Shown piece by piece: positions 10,523-21,114 of a stretch of 64,000 bases of DNA; position 1 is the first letter of the stretch, and each line of letters begins with the position of its first letter. Source of the DNA: Candidatus Cloacimonadales bacterium. Lineage in GTDB: Bacteria > Cloacimonadota > Cloacimonadia > Cloacimonadales > JAIOQZ01. The stretch covers positions 1,888,001 through 1,952,000 of the forward strand of contig OY762463.1 of assembly GCA_963665815.1 (NCBI GenBank). Reading direction: 5' to 3'. The notes below the pieces were generated by a model. The model saw nothing but the letters and a program-made list of their open reading frames with translations, had not been told where the DNA came from and made no database searches. Made by a program: the position numbers and the translations under genes.

Positions 10523-12820
10523 TTATTTCAGCAATACTGCTTTAGTAATGTCTGTTGCTTCGTTTGTTTTAACTTTAATGAAGTAAACACCGGATGCAGA
10601 GTCTGTATTACTATCTGTTTTTCCATCCCATTTCAATGCTTGCTTACCTGCACCAAATTTCCTGTCAGCTAATTGTCGAACCTTCTGTCCTTTTATGTTG
10701 TATACTGCAACATCAACATTCGATTCCTTCTTCAAATTGAACTGAATATTTGTTTCAGGATTAAAGGGATTTGGATAATTATTTAATTGAAGTCCATTAT
10801 AATCAGATGCAAGTTCTTGATCTTTTATACCTAACCTGTCAAGATCAACATCAATCACTCCATAGTAGACAGCTCCACCCTCATCGTCAACAGTATCATC
10901 TTCATTTTCCTGTACACTTGATCCATATTTGTTATCAGCATAGAATGAAACATGTAATCTGGCAACTTCAGGTGATGGTTTTTCTATTGTATTTCCCATA
11001 GTCCAGTAGACTAGGCTTTCATTAGGAAATTGAGTCCTTAGCTGTTGATCATAGAAGAAGTTCACAGTATCCGGAGGACCTGTCTGATTTTGGTAAATCT
11101 CTGTATCATATACATTGTAAAGTTCTATCGGATCCGACCAGTGATTCCCATTATCTACTGATAATACAATATGACAACCTGGACGTTCAAACATTGGATG
11201 AGTATTCAAACCAGCATCGTGTGTCCTGAAGTTCATAGCACCTTCACCATACATTGCTGCAAGCCATCTTCCGTCCTGTGATCGAGCATATCTGAAATAA
11301 TTTTCATGGAAATCCTGATCAAGGTCATGATGCCAGAGTGGTAGAAAATACTGATTCCAGGTCCAGTGCCTTAATGTATCAAGTGCACCGTCATTATCTA
11401 CATCCCAAGGTGCTCTCGGAAATACATCATCACTTAAATATGAACCATCAGGAGCTTTATTCTCAGGATGTACCGGATTAAATGTTATCATCTCCTCTTC
11501 ACTTGCCGCATCAGGATCAAACACAAATTCAATAACTTTTGTATTCATGTAAAAAGAGGTTATCATAGTGTCTGTTCCGGTATAGTTATAATACTTTGGA
11601 GTCAGTGTACTCATAACATGAAAACGACCATAATTGTCCTGAGTTGCATTCATATGAGAGCCAAAATAAATACTCCAGAAAAGACTGTCTCCAGCTGAAA
11701 TATTACCCGTTGTTGGGAAATATGAGTAAAGAGTATCTGTTTGCGGATCTCTGAACTGAGGATTTTCGAATTCGAAACTTATTCCCTGGTCGTGAGATAC
11801 AAACTCTCCCTCGCCGTAATTATTGTTATAGTATGATCTTATCGTAGGAGTCATCAATCCGAATCGATCAACTACTCCCGTTTTGTAGTAATATCCGAAC
11901 AACACTATTTCCTGACCATTTTCAGATACGCATATTCCTTTCTGAAACCTACCCCATTCATCATTGACATACATGTTCCAGTCATTCAATTCCTGAAATG
12001 TCTTGTATGTCCATCCGTTATCATCAATCTGACCTGTATTATCATTCAGATCTGCATAGGCAAATAGAATATTTTCGGAAGCTGATGCTGTAGTATCAGT
12101 GCCTGTTATCGGATTATGCGATTTATTGTTACTGGCAAACAGAAATATTCTCGAAACATCGTTATCCATTCGTCTGATGAAAATATTTGGCCAAACATAC
12201 TGATCATCTACCTGAGTTCCATAGTTACCGCCGTAATCTGAATTATCAAACACACTGATAGATGTATAACTCAGATCTTCGAGCAGGGAATACTGATCCA
12301 TAACAAGTTTTATTTCAAACTCATTATCACCATCATAATCGCTATGAAATGCAATATAAGTTCTCTGAGTCACAGGATCAATTGCCAGACTTCCATAACC
12401 TTGTCTTTGGGTAGCCGATGCTACACCAGAATTAAAGTTGACAGTTCCGTCATATCCTACCATGTAACTTTTAACATATCTGTCAGTGTTTTGCTGGATC
12501 TGTAATGACATAACCATCTGATCTCCCAGAGTGACACCGGGATTAATCGCTGCAGGGAATGGATCCTGCTTAACAATTGGATTTGTATTATAGCTTGATG
12601 GGAAATAATCATATTTTGAAGTTGTGATCAAGCTGGGAGCAACATGCCAAAAATAAGTAATGTCCTTATCATCGTCTGATGCTCTCTCCTTCAATTTGAA
12701 ATTAGAATTTTTTGCAGGAACATACCTTTTAGAAACTGAATCATCTCTTTTCATGTAATCATCCGCCAAAATCACTACTGAAAAAGAGATAATAATTACA
12801 AATACAAGTAATTTTCTCAT
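10523..12820 (-). CDS. Secreted protein, probable Asp-box beta-propeller, with FlgD-Ig/T9SS-like CTD (paralog 2)
   Basis: Start adjusted to MRKLLV at 12820 (GGAGG upstream); signal peptide; Asp-box SVDNGNHW; CTD NYPNPFNP...WDGK...ASGVYF. Confidence 0.8.
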   Translation of the reverse strand: MRKLLVFVIIISFSVVILADDYMKRDDSVSKRYVPAKNSNFKLKERASDDDKDITYFWHVAPSLITTSKYDYFPSSYNTNPIVKQDPFPAAINPGVTLGDQMVMSLQIQQNTDRYVKSYMVGYDGTVNFNSGVASATQRQGYGSLAIDPVTQRTYIAFHSDYDGDNEFEIKLVMDQYSLLEDLSYTSISVFDNSDYGGNYGTQVDDQYVWPNIFIRRMDNDVSRIFLFASNNKSHNPITGTDTTASASENILFAYADLNDNTGQIDDNGWTYKTFQELNDWNMYVNDEWGRFQKGICVSENGQEIVLFGYYYKTGVVDRFGLMTPTIRSYYNNNYGEGEFVSHDQGISFEFENPQFRDPQTDTLYSYFPTTGNISAGDSLFWSIYFGSHMNATQDNYGRFHVMSTLTPKYYNYTGTDTMITSFYMNTKVIEFVFDPDAASEEEMITFNPVHPENKAPDGSYLSDDVFPRAPWDVDNDGALDTLRHWTWNQYFLPLWHHDLDQDFHENYFRYARSQDGRWLAAMYGEGAMNFRTHDAGLNTHPMFERPGCHIVLSVDNGNHWSDPIELYNVYDTEIYQNQTGPPDTVNFFYDQQLRTQFPNESLVYWTMGNTIEKPSPEVARLHVSFYADNKYGSSVQENEDDTVDDEGGAVYYGVIDVDLDRLGIKDQELASDYNGLQLNNYPNPFNPETNIQFNLKKESNVDVAVYNIKGQKVRQLADRKFGAGKQALKWDGKTDSNTDSASGVYFIKVKTNEATDITKAVLLK

Positions 12821-13064
12821 TTCTTCCTCCATGAGTACTTTACACAATAACCAGGACAAAAATCATTATTGAGGTTCATGAATTTTGGAATTCATTTGGA
12901 AACTCCTTAAAGTTAATTGTCTTGAGGTGACAATGATGATTTTCAAATCCCATCATCGACTCCTATCAGTGCAAAGATATCTCCTTAATTCATACAATTA
13001 AATATGAAGCAAAAAATATTCCTAATCATTAATGAATTGATATTTTTTTATTGATTTATTCAAT

Positions 13065-13099
13065 AAAAAAAAAAGAGAGGAGCAAAATTACTCCTCTCT
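13065..13099 (-). terminator. Rho-independent terminator
   Basis: AGAGAGGAG/CTCCTCTCT 9-bp stem with a long A-run on the + strand, just past the stop at 13121. Confidence 0.85.
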
Positions 13100-13120
13100 C
13101 TAAGCTTTAAAGCATTTATA

Positions 13121-15421
13121 CTATTTCATGAGTACTGCTTTTTTAACATCTGTAGTTTCACCTGATTGTACTTTAATAAAGTATACACCTGATGATACAG
13201 ATTTGCTTGAATTATTGTCACCTTCCCATGTAAGTGTACGTTTTCCAGCCTGCATTTTTTCGTCTGCAAGTGTTTTCACGAGCTGACCTTTTACGTTATA
13301 AACGCTTACGTTAGTGTGAGCATCTTTTTTAAGGTTGAAGCTGATTGTTGTTGTTGGGTTGAATGGGTTAGGATAATTGCTTAATTCAAGTCCATTGTAT
13401 TCCGGAGCTGAAGAATTATTGTTACCAACATGTTCTAATTTAGCGTAATCAATATCAATTACACCGTAGTATATTGTTCCACCTTCTTCATCTACTTCGT
13501 CACCTTCATTATCCTGAATAGATGAACCGTATTTGTTATCGGCATAGAATGCTATAGGAAGACGTGCTTCTCTTGGTCCTATTTTTTCAATTTTGTCACC
13601 CATATACCAGTAAATAAGTGATTCATTAGGGAACTGTGAACGAAGAAGTTGATCGTAGAAGAAGTTTACTGTATCAGGATTGTTTGGATCATCCGGATTG
13701 TCGTAAATTACTGTATCATAGATGTTATAAAGTTCGATAGGATCTGACCAGTGATTACCATCATCACCGGAAATCACGATGTGACATCCTGGTTTTTCAT
13801 ACATAGGGTGTGTATCAAGCTGGTTATCATGAGTTCTTTTATTCATTGCACCTTCGCCATACATGGCAGCAAGTAAGTGTCCATCTTCGCTGCGTGCATA
13901 TCTGAAATAGTTTTCATGGAAAGCTTGATCAAGTTCATGATGCCATAATGGAAGGAAATACTGATTCCATGTCCAGTATCTGAGAGTATCTCTTTCACCG
14001 TCAGCGTCAACATCCCATGAAACTCTTGGGAACACGCTGTCATCTAGATAAGTACCATCAGGCATTTTATCTTCTGGATATACCGGATTGAATGTAATAC
14101 GTTCTTCGTCTGTGGCTGCATCAGGATCAAAGATGAACTCAATAACTTTTGTACTGAAATAGAATACATAACCTAAAGTATCAGCACCATCGTATGAGTA
14201 GTACTGAGGGCAGATAGTATTCATTACGTGGAATCTACCTTGACCATCTTGAGTAGTCATTAAGTGTGATCCGAAATACAGATCCCAGAAAAGGCTGTCA
14301 TTTTCCATGATGTTATCATCTGTTGAGAAGTAGTAATACAGTGTATCTGTATCAGGATCTCTGAACTGAGGATTTTCTTGAGGAAGATTGATATCTTTAT
14401 CAAAAATATCGAAATCACCTTCGCCGTAATTATCGTTATAATAAACTCTCATTATTTGTTTTCTGAAATTGAAACGATTTCTTGTATCATCTTCTGTATA
14501 GTAACCGTAAAGAACAATTTCTTGTCCGTTTTCTGAAACATAAATACCTTTTTGGAAACGTCCCCAATTATCATTGTCATAGTTATTCCATGCATTCATT
14601 GTAGGGAATGTTTTGTATGTCCATGCATCATCAGGGATAACGGCTGATGAACCTGTAATGTCAGCATAAGCAAAAAGAACATTTTCTGAAGCTGCTGCTG
14701 TAGAGTCATCACCAGTAATAGGGTTATGTGACTTATAGTTGTTACCGAAAAGAAAGATCCTAGAAACACCATTAGGCATAGTTCTGATAAACATTGTAGG
14801 CCAGATATATTCATCATCAACCTGTGTTCCGGCTGTTCCACCGTAAACCTCGTTATCAAAAGAACTAACTGCAGTATATGAAAGAGCTCCGGTAATTGAA
14901 TACTGGTCTGTTACTGCTTTCATTTCATATTCACCGTCACCATCAAAATCTGAGTGGAATGCGATGTAAGTTCTTTGAGTATTAGGATCGATTGCAAGAG
15001 TAGGATAACCTTGTCTCTGTGTAGCTGATGCAACACCTGCATCATCAACTTGAGTACCATCGTTGCTTACAAAGTAACCTTTTACATAACGGTCTGTGTT
15101 TTGTTGAACTTGAAATGTCATAACCATCTGGTCACCGAGATCACCGGCAATACCAGAAAATGCTTTTTGATATGTAAGTGGACGATTCTGATATGCTCCA
15201 GGGAAGTAATCATATTTTGAATCGACAACTGGTTGCGGAGCTACATGCCATGAATATTCAATATCCTTTTCATCGTCAGAAGCTCTATCCTTAAGTATAC
15301 TCTGTGGGTTTTCCACAGCAAATTTCTTTGACTGTTTCTTCGGCTGAGATTTCATAAAATCAGCTGCAAATAATCCTAAAGAAACAGAAAGAATAAGAGT
15401 TATTATTAATAACTTTCTCAT
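13121..15421 (-). CDS. Secreted protein, probable Asp-box beta-propeller, with FlgD-Ig/T9SS-like CTD (paralog 1)
   Basis: Signal peptide; Asp-box SGDDGNHW; CTD NYPNPFNP...SSGVYF; shares many identical blocks with 10523..12820. Confidence 0.82.
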   Translation of the reverse strand: MRKLLIITLILSVSLGLFAADFMKSQPKKQSKKFAVENPQSILKDRASDDEKDIEYSWHVAPQPVVDSKYDYFPGAYQNRPLTYQKAFSGIAGDLGDQMVMTFQVQQNTDRYVKGYFVSNDGTQVDDAGVASATQRQGYPTLAIDPNTQRTYIAFHSDFDGDGEYEMKAVTDQYSITGALSYTAVSSFDNEVYGGTAGTQVDDEYIWPTMFIRTMPNGVSRIFLFGNNYKSHNPITGDDSTAAASENVLFAYADITGSSAVIPDDAWTYKTFPTMNAWNNYDNDNWGRFQKGIYVSENGQEIVLYGYYTEDDTRNRFNFRKQIMRVYYNDNYGEGDFDIFDKDINLPQENPQFRDPDTDTLYYYFSTDDNIMENDSLFWDLYFGSHLMTTQDGQGRFHVMNTICPQYYSYDGADTLGYVFYFSTKVIEFIFDPDAATDEERITFNPVYPEDKMPDGTYLDDSVFPRVSWDVDADGERDTLRYWTWNQYFLPLWHHELDQAFHENYFRYARSEDGHLLAAMYGEGAMNKRTHDNQLDTHPMYEKPGCHIVISGDDGNHWSDPIELYNIYDTVIYDNPDDPNNPDTVNFFYDQLLRSQFPNESLIYWYMGDKIEKIGPREARLPIAFYADNKYGSSIQDNEGDEVDEEGGTIYYGVIDIDYAKLEHVGNNNSSAPEYNGLELSNYPNPFNPTTTISFNLKKDAHTNVSVYNVKGQLVKTLADEKMQAGKRTLTWEGDNNSSKSVSSGVYFIKVQSGETTDVKKAVLMK

Positions 15422-15462
15422 TTTTTCCTCCTCAATTCATACAATTTATATTGTTTTAGCAA

Positions 15463-16521
15463 TTAATATTCCATTTTTATTGTTAAACGGTGAGCACTTT
15501 CAATGAATGACTCTTCAAGCCATCCCATTCTTGAATATGAATAATCAACACTGAATATACCTATTGATGACGGTATTTTTAATCCTAAACCATAGTTAGA
15601 AGGCATAACGGCTTCAAAACCATCGTATCTTTCTTCAAGGTCAGTATTAAATTGTTTACCGGTTCTTAAGTATAAAAGACTATATTTGTACTCAAATCCA
15701 AGGTTGAAGGATTCTCTTCTGTCAACACAGTTGTTGATCTGAAAAGCTCCCATAAGGTATGTAAGATCTTCTCTTGTCTGATACAGATCGATAGAAAGCC
15801 CGAATGAAAAATTCATTGGTATTTGAGATGTAAGATTGTCACCATCTTCATCAACTTCACCATCGCCATCATTATCAAGCAAATCGAACGGATCTTCACC
15901 ACTTCTGCCATCACCATCCTCATCAATATCAAACTCAACTTCACCACCGAAATTGCTCAAAGCCATACCAATAGTAAGGTTTCTCCAGTGTGTGTTATAC
16001 TGAGATCCAATATCAAATGCAATAGTATTTACTGCGTATTTATACAATTCTTCTCTGAGATATTTACCTGTAAATCCAAATGAGAACTTATCAGTAAATT
16101 GTCTACTGTATGTAAGACCAGTACTGAGAGCCATACATGTAAACTTTTCACCTGTGAATCCTTCTTCTTCTGTTGTGATTTCCATATCATCCATATGCAT
16201 CATATAAGCATGGAATGCAAATACTCCGAGATCATTGTAAAAGGATGCTGCAAAATAATCAAACATAATGTCTGCAACATAATCAGTATGAGAAAAGAAA
16301 AGCTGATTCTTCTCTTTTAAAGCAAGACCACCTGGATTCCAGTATGTAGATGAAATATCATCTGATACTGCAACATAGGCTTCTCCCATACCAATCGCGC
16401 GTGCATCTGTGGTAATTTTCAGAAACTGCATATCTGCAGTACCTGTTTTTGAGAAAACTTCTGCAAACATGTTTGAGGCAAAAAGAGAAATTACGAATAG
16501 TGTAATAAGTATTTTTTTCAT
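15463..16521 (-). CDS. PorV/PorQ-family outer-membrane beta-barrel
   Basis: QFLKITTDARAIGMGEAYVAVSDDISSTYWNPGGL N-terminal signature; alternating beta-strands; terminal aromatic residue. Confidence 0.85.
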   Translation of the reverse strand: MKKILITLFVISLFASNMFAEVFSKTGTADMQFLKITTDARAIGMGEAYVAVSDDISSTYWNPGGLALKEKNQLFFSHTDYVADIMFDYFAASFYNDLGVFAFHAYMMHMDDMEITTEEEGFTGEKFTCMALSTGLTYSRQFTDKFSFGFTGKYLREELYKYAVNTIAFDIGSQYNTHWRNLTIGMALSNFGGEVEFDIDEDGDGRSGEDPFDLLDNDGDGEVDEDGDNLTSQIPMNFSFGLSIDLYQTREDLTYLMGAFQINNCVDRRESFNLGFEYKYSLLYLRTGKQFNTDLEERYDGFEAVMPSNYGLGLKIPSSIGIFSVDYSYSRMGWLEESFIESAHRLTIKMEY

Positions 16522-16531
16522 TTTTTACCTC

Positions 16532-19500
16532 CTACTTGATTATTACAAATTTGTCGACTTGAATTTCTTTAGTCTTCAAATCTCTTATTGAATAAAGATA
16601 AACACCGGCTGTGATAACCTGATCGTTTTTGGAAAGCATGTCCCAAGGGTGCATACCTGATCCGGCTAAAGCTTCGTTTCCATCTTTACTTACGTTAATT
16701 ATATCGTAGAATGTCTCACCATGATGCTCGAATTCATCAACTAAGTCTCCGGCAAGAGTGTAAACTCTGATTTCGCAATCTTCCGGTAAGTTCATAAACC
16801 ATATTCTCTTACTCTTATCACCCTTTGTATCATTCTCAATTCTTCCGTCAAAAGAAGATTGACCAATATAAGGATTTGGTACGACAAAAATATCGTCCAT
16901 GTTCTTTGAACTTGTTGCTCCCGGGAAATAAGCCATTTTGTTAGCATCTTTTCCACTTTCAAGATATTGAAGATTGTTTGCCGGCATACCGCGGTCGAAT
17001 GCTGTCACAGAAATATAATATTCCACGCCAACAGGTAAATAATCAATTTCAGCCTTGTAGTATCTTGATGCAAGTCTTAAATCTGAATTATCATTGAAAT
17101 ATTGAGCATCCAGAAGGTCGTTTTCACCAAGGTGTTCTTCAATAGGTATTAACTTGTCATCATATAATGCAAGATAAATTTCTGCTGAAACATCAGGATT
17201 CTTCATGATAAGAGCTTCAAGTATAAAAGCTTGATCGTGGTAATCCGGATTATATTTCTTATTGACTGCCGGATTCTTTAAATCTGCAAGATATTCATTG
17301 ATCTTATCGATGTCATTCATTTCCGGATCATAAAGAGGATAACCATATATTTTATCACCAATCTCATAATTTACTAATTCATAGTTTTCATTATAATGTT
17401 TATAAACCATATCATTTTCATCAGCGAATCTGGCGTTAGGTAAGCCTTTGTCTACACCAAGATCTCCACCGAAATCTGTGAAGTTAGCAGCAGGATTGTT
17501 TTTAACGATATCATAATCTATCATATCCTGATATGTATCAACTTTATCCCATCTTCCTGACATTTCCCAGAATTCAGATTCTCCTCTTCCCTTTTTACTC
17601 CAGAGAGAATATCCCTGGAAGTCATGTCTAAGTCTGTTACCTGTTACCGGATCAATAATAGCATTTTCATTTAACTGCTTTGCAGGAATTCCGGTAAGAT
17701 CAGGCAAATAACTTGGAAGTGCAGAGTTCTGATCCTGATATCCCATCTGTTCATCACTTACAGTCATATAATCTACAGTGAACTCGGATCTGTTATCCCA
17801 GTATACATTAAGTCTTTTTCCATCTCTCGATAAAACTGATGTCATTTTAGGGAATTGAGGTGGTTCAGGTGGATTATAATGAGGGAAAGTGTCTGGTTTA
17901 ACAACATTTGTTAAAGATTGAGCTTCACCGTAAATCTGTTTAGCCCAAGCTGATGTTTGTTTAAGTTCTTCAACTGTTTCTCCAGGGAACACAGCGATAA
18001 CAATCTTCATTGTTTTACCGGGTTCAAGATTCCATGACTCCTCTGTTGGATTATCTGATAAACCCTGCATATCACCATAGAATGCAAAAAGATATCTTGT
18101 ATCGTCAGGAGAATCTACTTGCTTTTCAGGAAAATCCCTTAGAGAAGTAAACTTATCTGTGTTAGGGTTTCTATCTGTAAGAAGCCAGTACTTTTCATTA
18201 TTTGTTCTTTGACCTGTCAGTAAATCTTCCTGAGTAGGTTTTGTGTCATTAGGACCATCACCTCTATTCCAGAACCAGCAGGCAAACTCAAGATTATCAG
18301 GGTCAGGAGTACAAACTCTTGATCCAATCATACCGGTTGTAAGACCACCGTCTTTATCTTTGTCGTATGTGTAGGCAAATTCAAACCCTTTACCTCTTAC
18401 ATAACTACTGACATCATCCTTTGATCTTTCATCACCCTGCCAGGACTGAGGTCCAACGTCAGAGTCCATATAAATACCCATAGCACAATCATAGAGAGTC
18501 TCTTCACTATCTAAGTTCATGTTTGTTATATCGAACTCAACATATACAAGGTTTTTGATATAATCATAACTCCATTGATAACTCATCTGTCTTACCTGAA
18601 TATTCAGGGATTTGTGATCTGAAGATACAGCTTGTTGACCAAGATCTCTTTCAGGTCCTGTAGCAAGAATAGGAGAATAATCATAATAGTAACCAATCAA
18701 ATCCTGTTCAGATATTGGAAAACCATCTTCATCAATGATTCCGTCACCATCATCATCAACTAACTCAGTCATTGAGCCTGTTTCCCCGCTGCTTACAAGA
18801 CTATCAGCTATTGATAAATCCTGGAATCCAAGAGGGAACCAGATATTGATATTATCTTCGATTATATCATTTGGATTATTTGCTCCGTAGAAAAATCCTG
18901 GATAATCTTTACCAAAGCTGTCAAATACTTCAGGAAGTTCATTTCCATTTCTAAACGGAACTGCAGTACCTACGGGGTCTTCATCAATTTTACCATCATT
19001 ATCATCATCAACTCCACGTCTGTGTTCACGAATTGTAGCTTCAATGACTTCATCGGTATTGGTATATATATCATATATATTGTTATGCTGTGAGTTAAGC
19101 ATTGGTTTATCAATTCTATTAAACAACGGAAGTAATTCATAAATACTTGCATCACCATCAAATCCAACTGACACGAGTGTATCGATGACAGGATTATTGA
19201 TATAAACAGGATCCCAGCCATCATCACCTTCAGCCATTGTTCTGCGAGTACTATCTACTTTCACAGAATCATCATATTCATACTCATAATAATAGTATAG
19301 TCTCTGGTTTAGACTGTTCAGTCTGTATTTTTTTGCTCCGAACCATAATGCTCCTTGAAAAAGGTAATCTATGGAACTTCCTTTAGGGTACTCCAGAGAA
19401 GGCCAATCCCCATTGGAGCCTGATCCAAAGAATCCATAATTAGAAACTCTCAAGCTTATGTTACCTTTATCGTGATACTTATCAATATCCAATTGCTTTT

Positions 19501-19594
19501 TTGCTCTATGCTGGTCAACCATCTCAGCAGAAGCAAAGCATGTCAGACTGATTAATATCAGAAACATAAACCATTTTGAATTTAATTTGCTCAT
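16532..19594 (-). CDS. Large secreted/surface protein (1020 aa) with acidic DxDxDG motifs and VVPNPY-type C-terminal domain
   Basis: Signal peptide; SLEYPKGS..DYLFQGALWFG; YYISVTAFDRG (FN3-like); IFVVPNPY...IWFMNLP...YTLAGDLV...WD...GVYLY...KFVIIK. Confidence 0.75.
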   Translation of the reverse strand: MSKLNSKWFMFLILISLTCFASAEMVDQHRAKKQLDIDKYHDKGNISLRVSNYGFFGSGSNGDWPSLEYPKGSSIDYLFQGALWFGAKKYRLNSLNQRLYYYYEYEYDDSVKVDSTRRTMAEGDDGWDPVYINNPVIDTLVSVGFDGDASIYELLPLFNRIDKPMLNSQHNNIYDIYTNTDEVIEATIREHRRGVDDDNDGKIDEDPVGTAVPFRNGNELPEVFDSFGKDYPGFFYGANNPNDIIEDNINIWFPLGFQDLSIADSLVSSGETGSMTELVDDDGDGIIDEDGFPISEQDLIGYYYDYSPILATGPERDLGQQAVSSDHKSLNIQVRQMSYQWSYDYIKNLVYVEFDITNMNLDSEETLYDCAMGIYMDSDVGPQSWQGDERSKDDVSSYVRGKGFEFAYTYDKDKDGGLTTGMIGSRVCTPDPDNLEFACWFWNRGDGPNDTKPTQEDLLTGQRTNNEKYWLLTDRNPNTDKFTSLRDFPEKQVDSPDDTRYLFAFYGDMQGLSDNPTEESWNLEPGKTMKIVIAVFPGETVEELKQTSAWAKQIYGEAQSLTNVVKPDTFPHYNPPEPPQFPKMTSVLSRDGKRLNVYWDNRSEFTVDYMTVSDEQMGYQDQNSALPSYLPDLTGIPAKQLNENAIIDPVTGNRLRHDFQGYSLWSKKGRGESEFWEMSGRWDKVDTYQDMIDYDIVKNNPAANFTDFGGDLGVDKGLPNARFADENDMVYKHYNENYELVNYEIGDKIYGYPLYDPEMNDIDKINEYLADLKNPAVNKKYNPDYHDQAFILEALIMKNPDVSAEIYLALYDDKLIPIEEHLGENDLLDAQYFNDNSDLRLASRYYKAEIDYLPVGVEYYISVTAFDRGMPANNLQYLESGKDANKMAYFPGATSSKNMDDIFVVPNPYIGQSSFDGRIENDTKGDKSKRIWFMNLPEDCEIRVYTLAGDLVDEFEHHGETFYDIINVSKDGNEALAGSGMHPWDMLSKNDQVITAGVYLYSIRDLKTKEIQVDKFVIIK

Positions 19595-19621
19595 TAAATT
19601 CCTCCAATTTATTATACTTTT

Positions 19622-20263
19622 TTATTCTAATGTGAAATTCAAGGCAAACTCAAGCCATACAGCTACTGGTTCTCCCTGAAATTTTGCAGGTGTGTATTCA
19701 AATTTTTTCACTGCATTGACAGCTGCTTCATCAAGTCCTCCGGGACCTGGCATCAGCGATCTGACTACAACTACTTCACCTACAGTTCCATCTTCGTAAA
19801 TCTCAACTCTGAGACCAACGTTACCTTCTATCTCAAGTTCCTTAGCAGTTTCCGGGTATTCAGGTTTTACCTGTTTAATTAACACAGGTGGATCCTCAAA
19901 CATTTGGAATATTGGAGTTTTTCCACGAGTTTTAGGTGGAGCTTTTTTCTCTTCAAATTGGCTGATAGCAGTATTCTCAATTGTTTCAATGATTGATAAT
20001 TCATCTTCTTCAGATTCTTCACCAATATCATCAATAACAATTTCAAGATCCTGAACTTTTTGTTCTTCCGGAGGCTTAATTTCATCCGGTATGTCTTGAA
20101 TAACGTCTTGAACAATTACATTATCAGCAACTTGAATGTCTCTTGCTTTCACCTTAATCTCAGGTGTTACCAGAAATGCAAACAGAGCTAGTAAAACTGT
20201 CAGGCTAAGACACTTTTCATAGTAAGTACTCGCTACATCTTTCCAGTCATGATACTTTTTCAT
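19622..20263 (-). CDS. tonB: Energy transducer TonB
   Basis: N-terminal TM helix and C-terminal PEYPETAKELEIEGNV...LDEAAVNAV...PAKFQGEPV domain. Confidence 0.9.
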   Translation of the reverse strand: MKKYHDWKDVASTYYEKCLSLTVLLALFAFLVTPEIKVKARDIQVADNVIVQDVIQDIPDEIKPPEEQKVQDLEIVIDDIGEESEEDELSIIETIENTAISQFEEKKAPPKTRGKTPIFQMFEDPPVLIKQVKPEYPETAKELEIEGNVGLRVEIYEDGTVGEVVVVRSLMPGPGGLDEAAVNAVKKFEYTPAKFQGEPVAVWLEFALNFTLE

Positions 20264-20271
20264 AATTCCTC

Positions 20272-20682
20272 CTAAAGCTTCTTGGCCTCAAACGTAACTG
20301 TAAGAGCTTCTGCTTCTCTCAGCTTGTTCATAATATCAGCCATAACGCCATATTCAGCTTTCGTATCAGTTCTGAATGCAACAATCATATTAAAATTCTG
20401 TGCAAGTTTCCTCTGCATAGTCGGACTAATCATAGGAATTGTAAGAATTCTGTCATCAACTGAGATTTTTCCACTTCTGTTTACATATACCGTAACCGCA
20501 TTCTTTCTTGGAATCTTTTTAATAATTTCTTCATGAGCCTTTGGCATAGTGATCCGCAGACCTCTTTCTTTTACAAAGACTGTTGAGACCATAAAAAATA
20601 TTAATAAAAGAAATGCTATATCCGACATTGACGCAGTGGGAATCAGTGTTTCAGGTTTTGACTGTTTTTTAATATTTGCCAT
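20272..20682 (-). CDS. exbD: Biopolymer transporter ExbD
   Basis: IPTASMSDIAFLLLIFFMV with the conserved TM Asp. Confidence 0.9.
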   Translation of the reverse strand: MANIKKQSKPETLIPTASMSDIAFLLLIFFMVSTVFVKERGLRITMPKAHEEIIKKIPRKNAVTVYVNRSGKISVDDRILTIPMISPTMQRKLAQNFNMIVAFRTDTKAEYGVMADIMNKLREAEALTVTFEAKKL

Positions 20683-20691
20683 TTCCCACTC

Positions 20692-21114
20692 CTAATTTGT
20701 ACCTAAGGATATTTTCTGAGCACCTGCCATACGAAGCCTGTCAAGTACATCAACCATATTCTTATAGTTACTTTTTCTATGAGTTTTTAATGAGATAACC
20801 ATATCAGGATTATCGGATACAATTTTATTTACCATACCTTTAATCTCTGACAATGCAACTTCTTGCGGCTCATTCTTTCCAACTTTAATTTGAATCTTCC
20901 CGTCCTGACCAACCTGGATCTTCGTAACATTTTCTGCCTGAAGTTTGACCTGGTTTTCTGTTGTATCTGATTTAACAGGAAGAGTTAAGCCTATACCTTT
21001 TTTAATATCAAATTTTGTTGTTGTAAGAAAGAAAACAAGAAGAAGAAAAGCAACATCTGAAAGAGATGCTGTGGGGATGCCCCCTAAATTTCTTTTTTTC
21101 TTTCTAATGAACAT
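20692..21114 (-). CDS. exbD: Biopolymer transporter ExbD (second copy)
   Basis: IPTASLSDVAFLLLVFFLTTT. Confidence 0.9.
   Translation of the reverse strand: MFIRKKKRNLGGIPTASLSDVAFLLLVFFLTTTKFDIKKGIGLTLPVKSDTTENQVKLQAENVTKIQVGQDGKIQIKVGKNEPQEVALSEIKGMVNKIVSDNPDMVISLKTHRKSNYKNMVDVLDRLRMAGAQKISLGTN

Noticed and set aside
10523-15421. Diversity-generating retroelement template/variable repeat pair
   Set aside because: Similarity spans whole genes and no reverse transcriptase is present.
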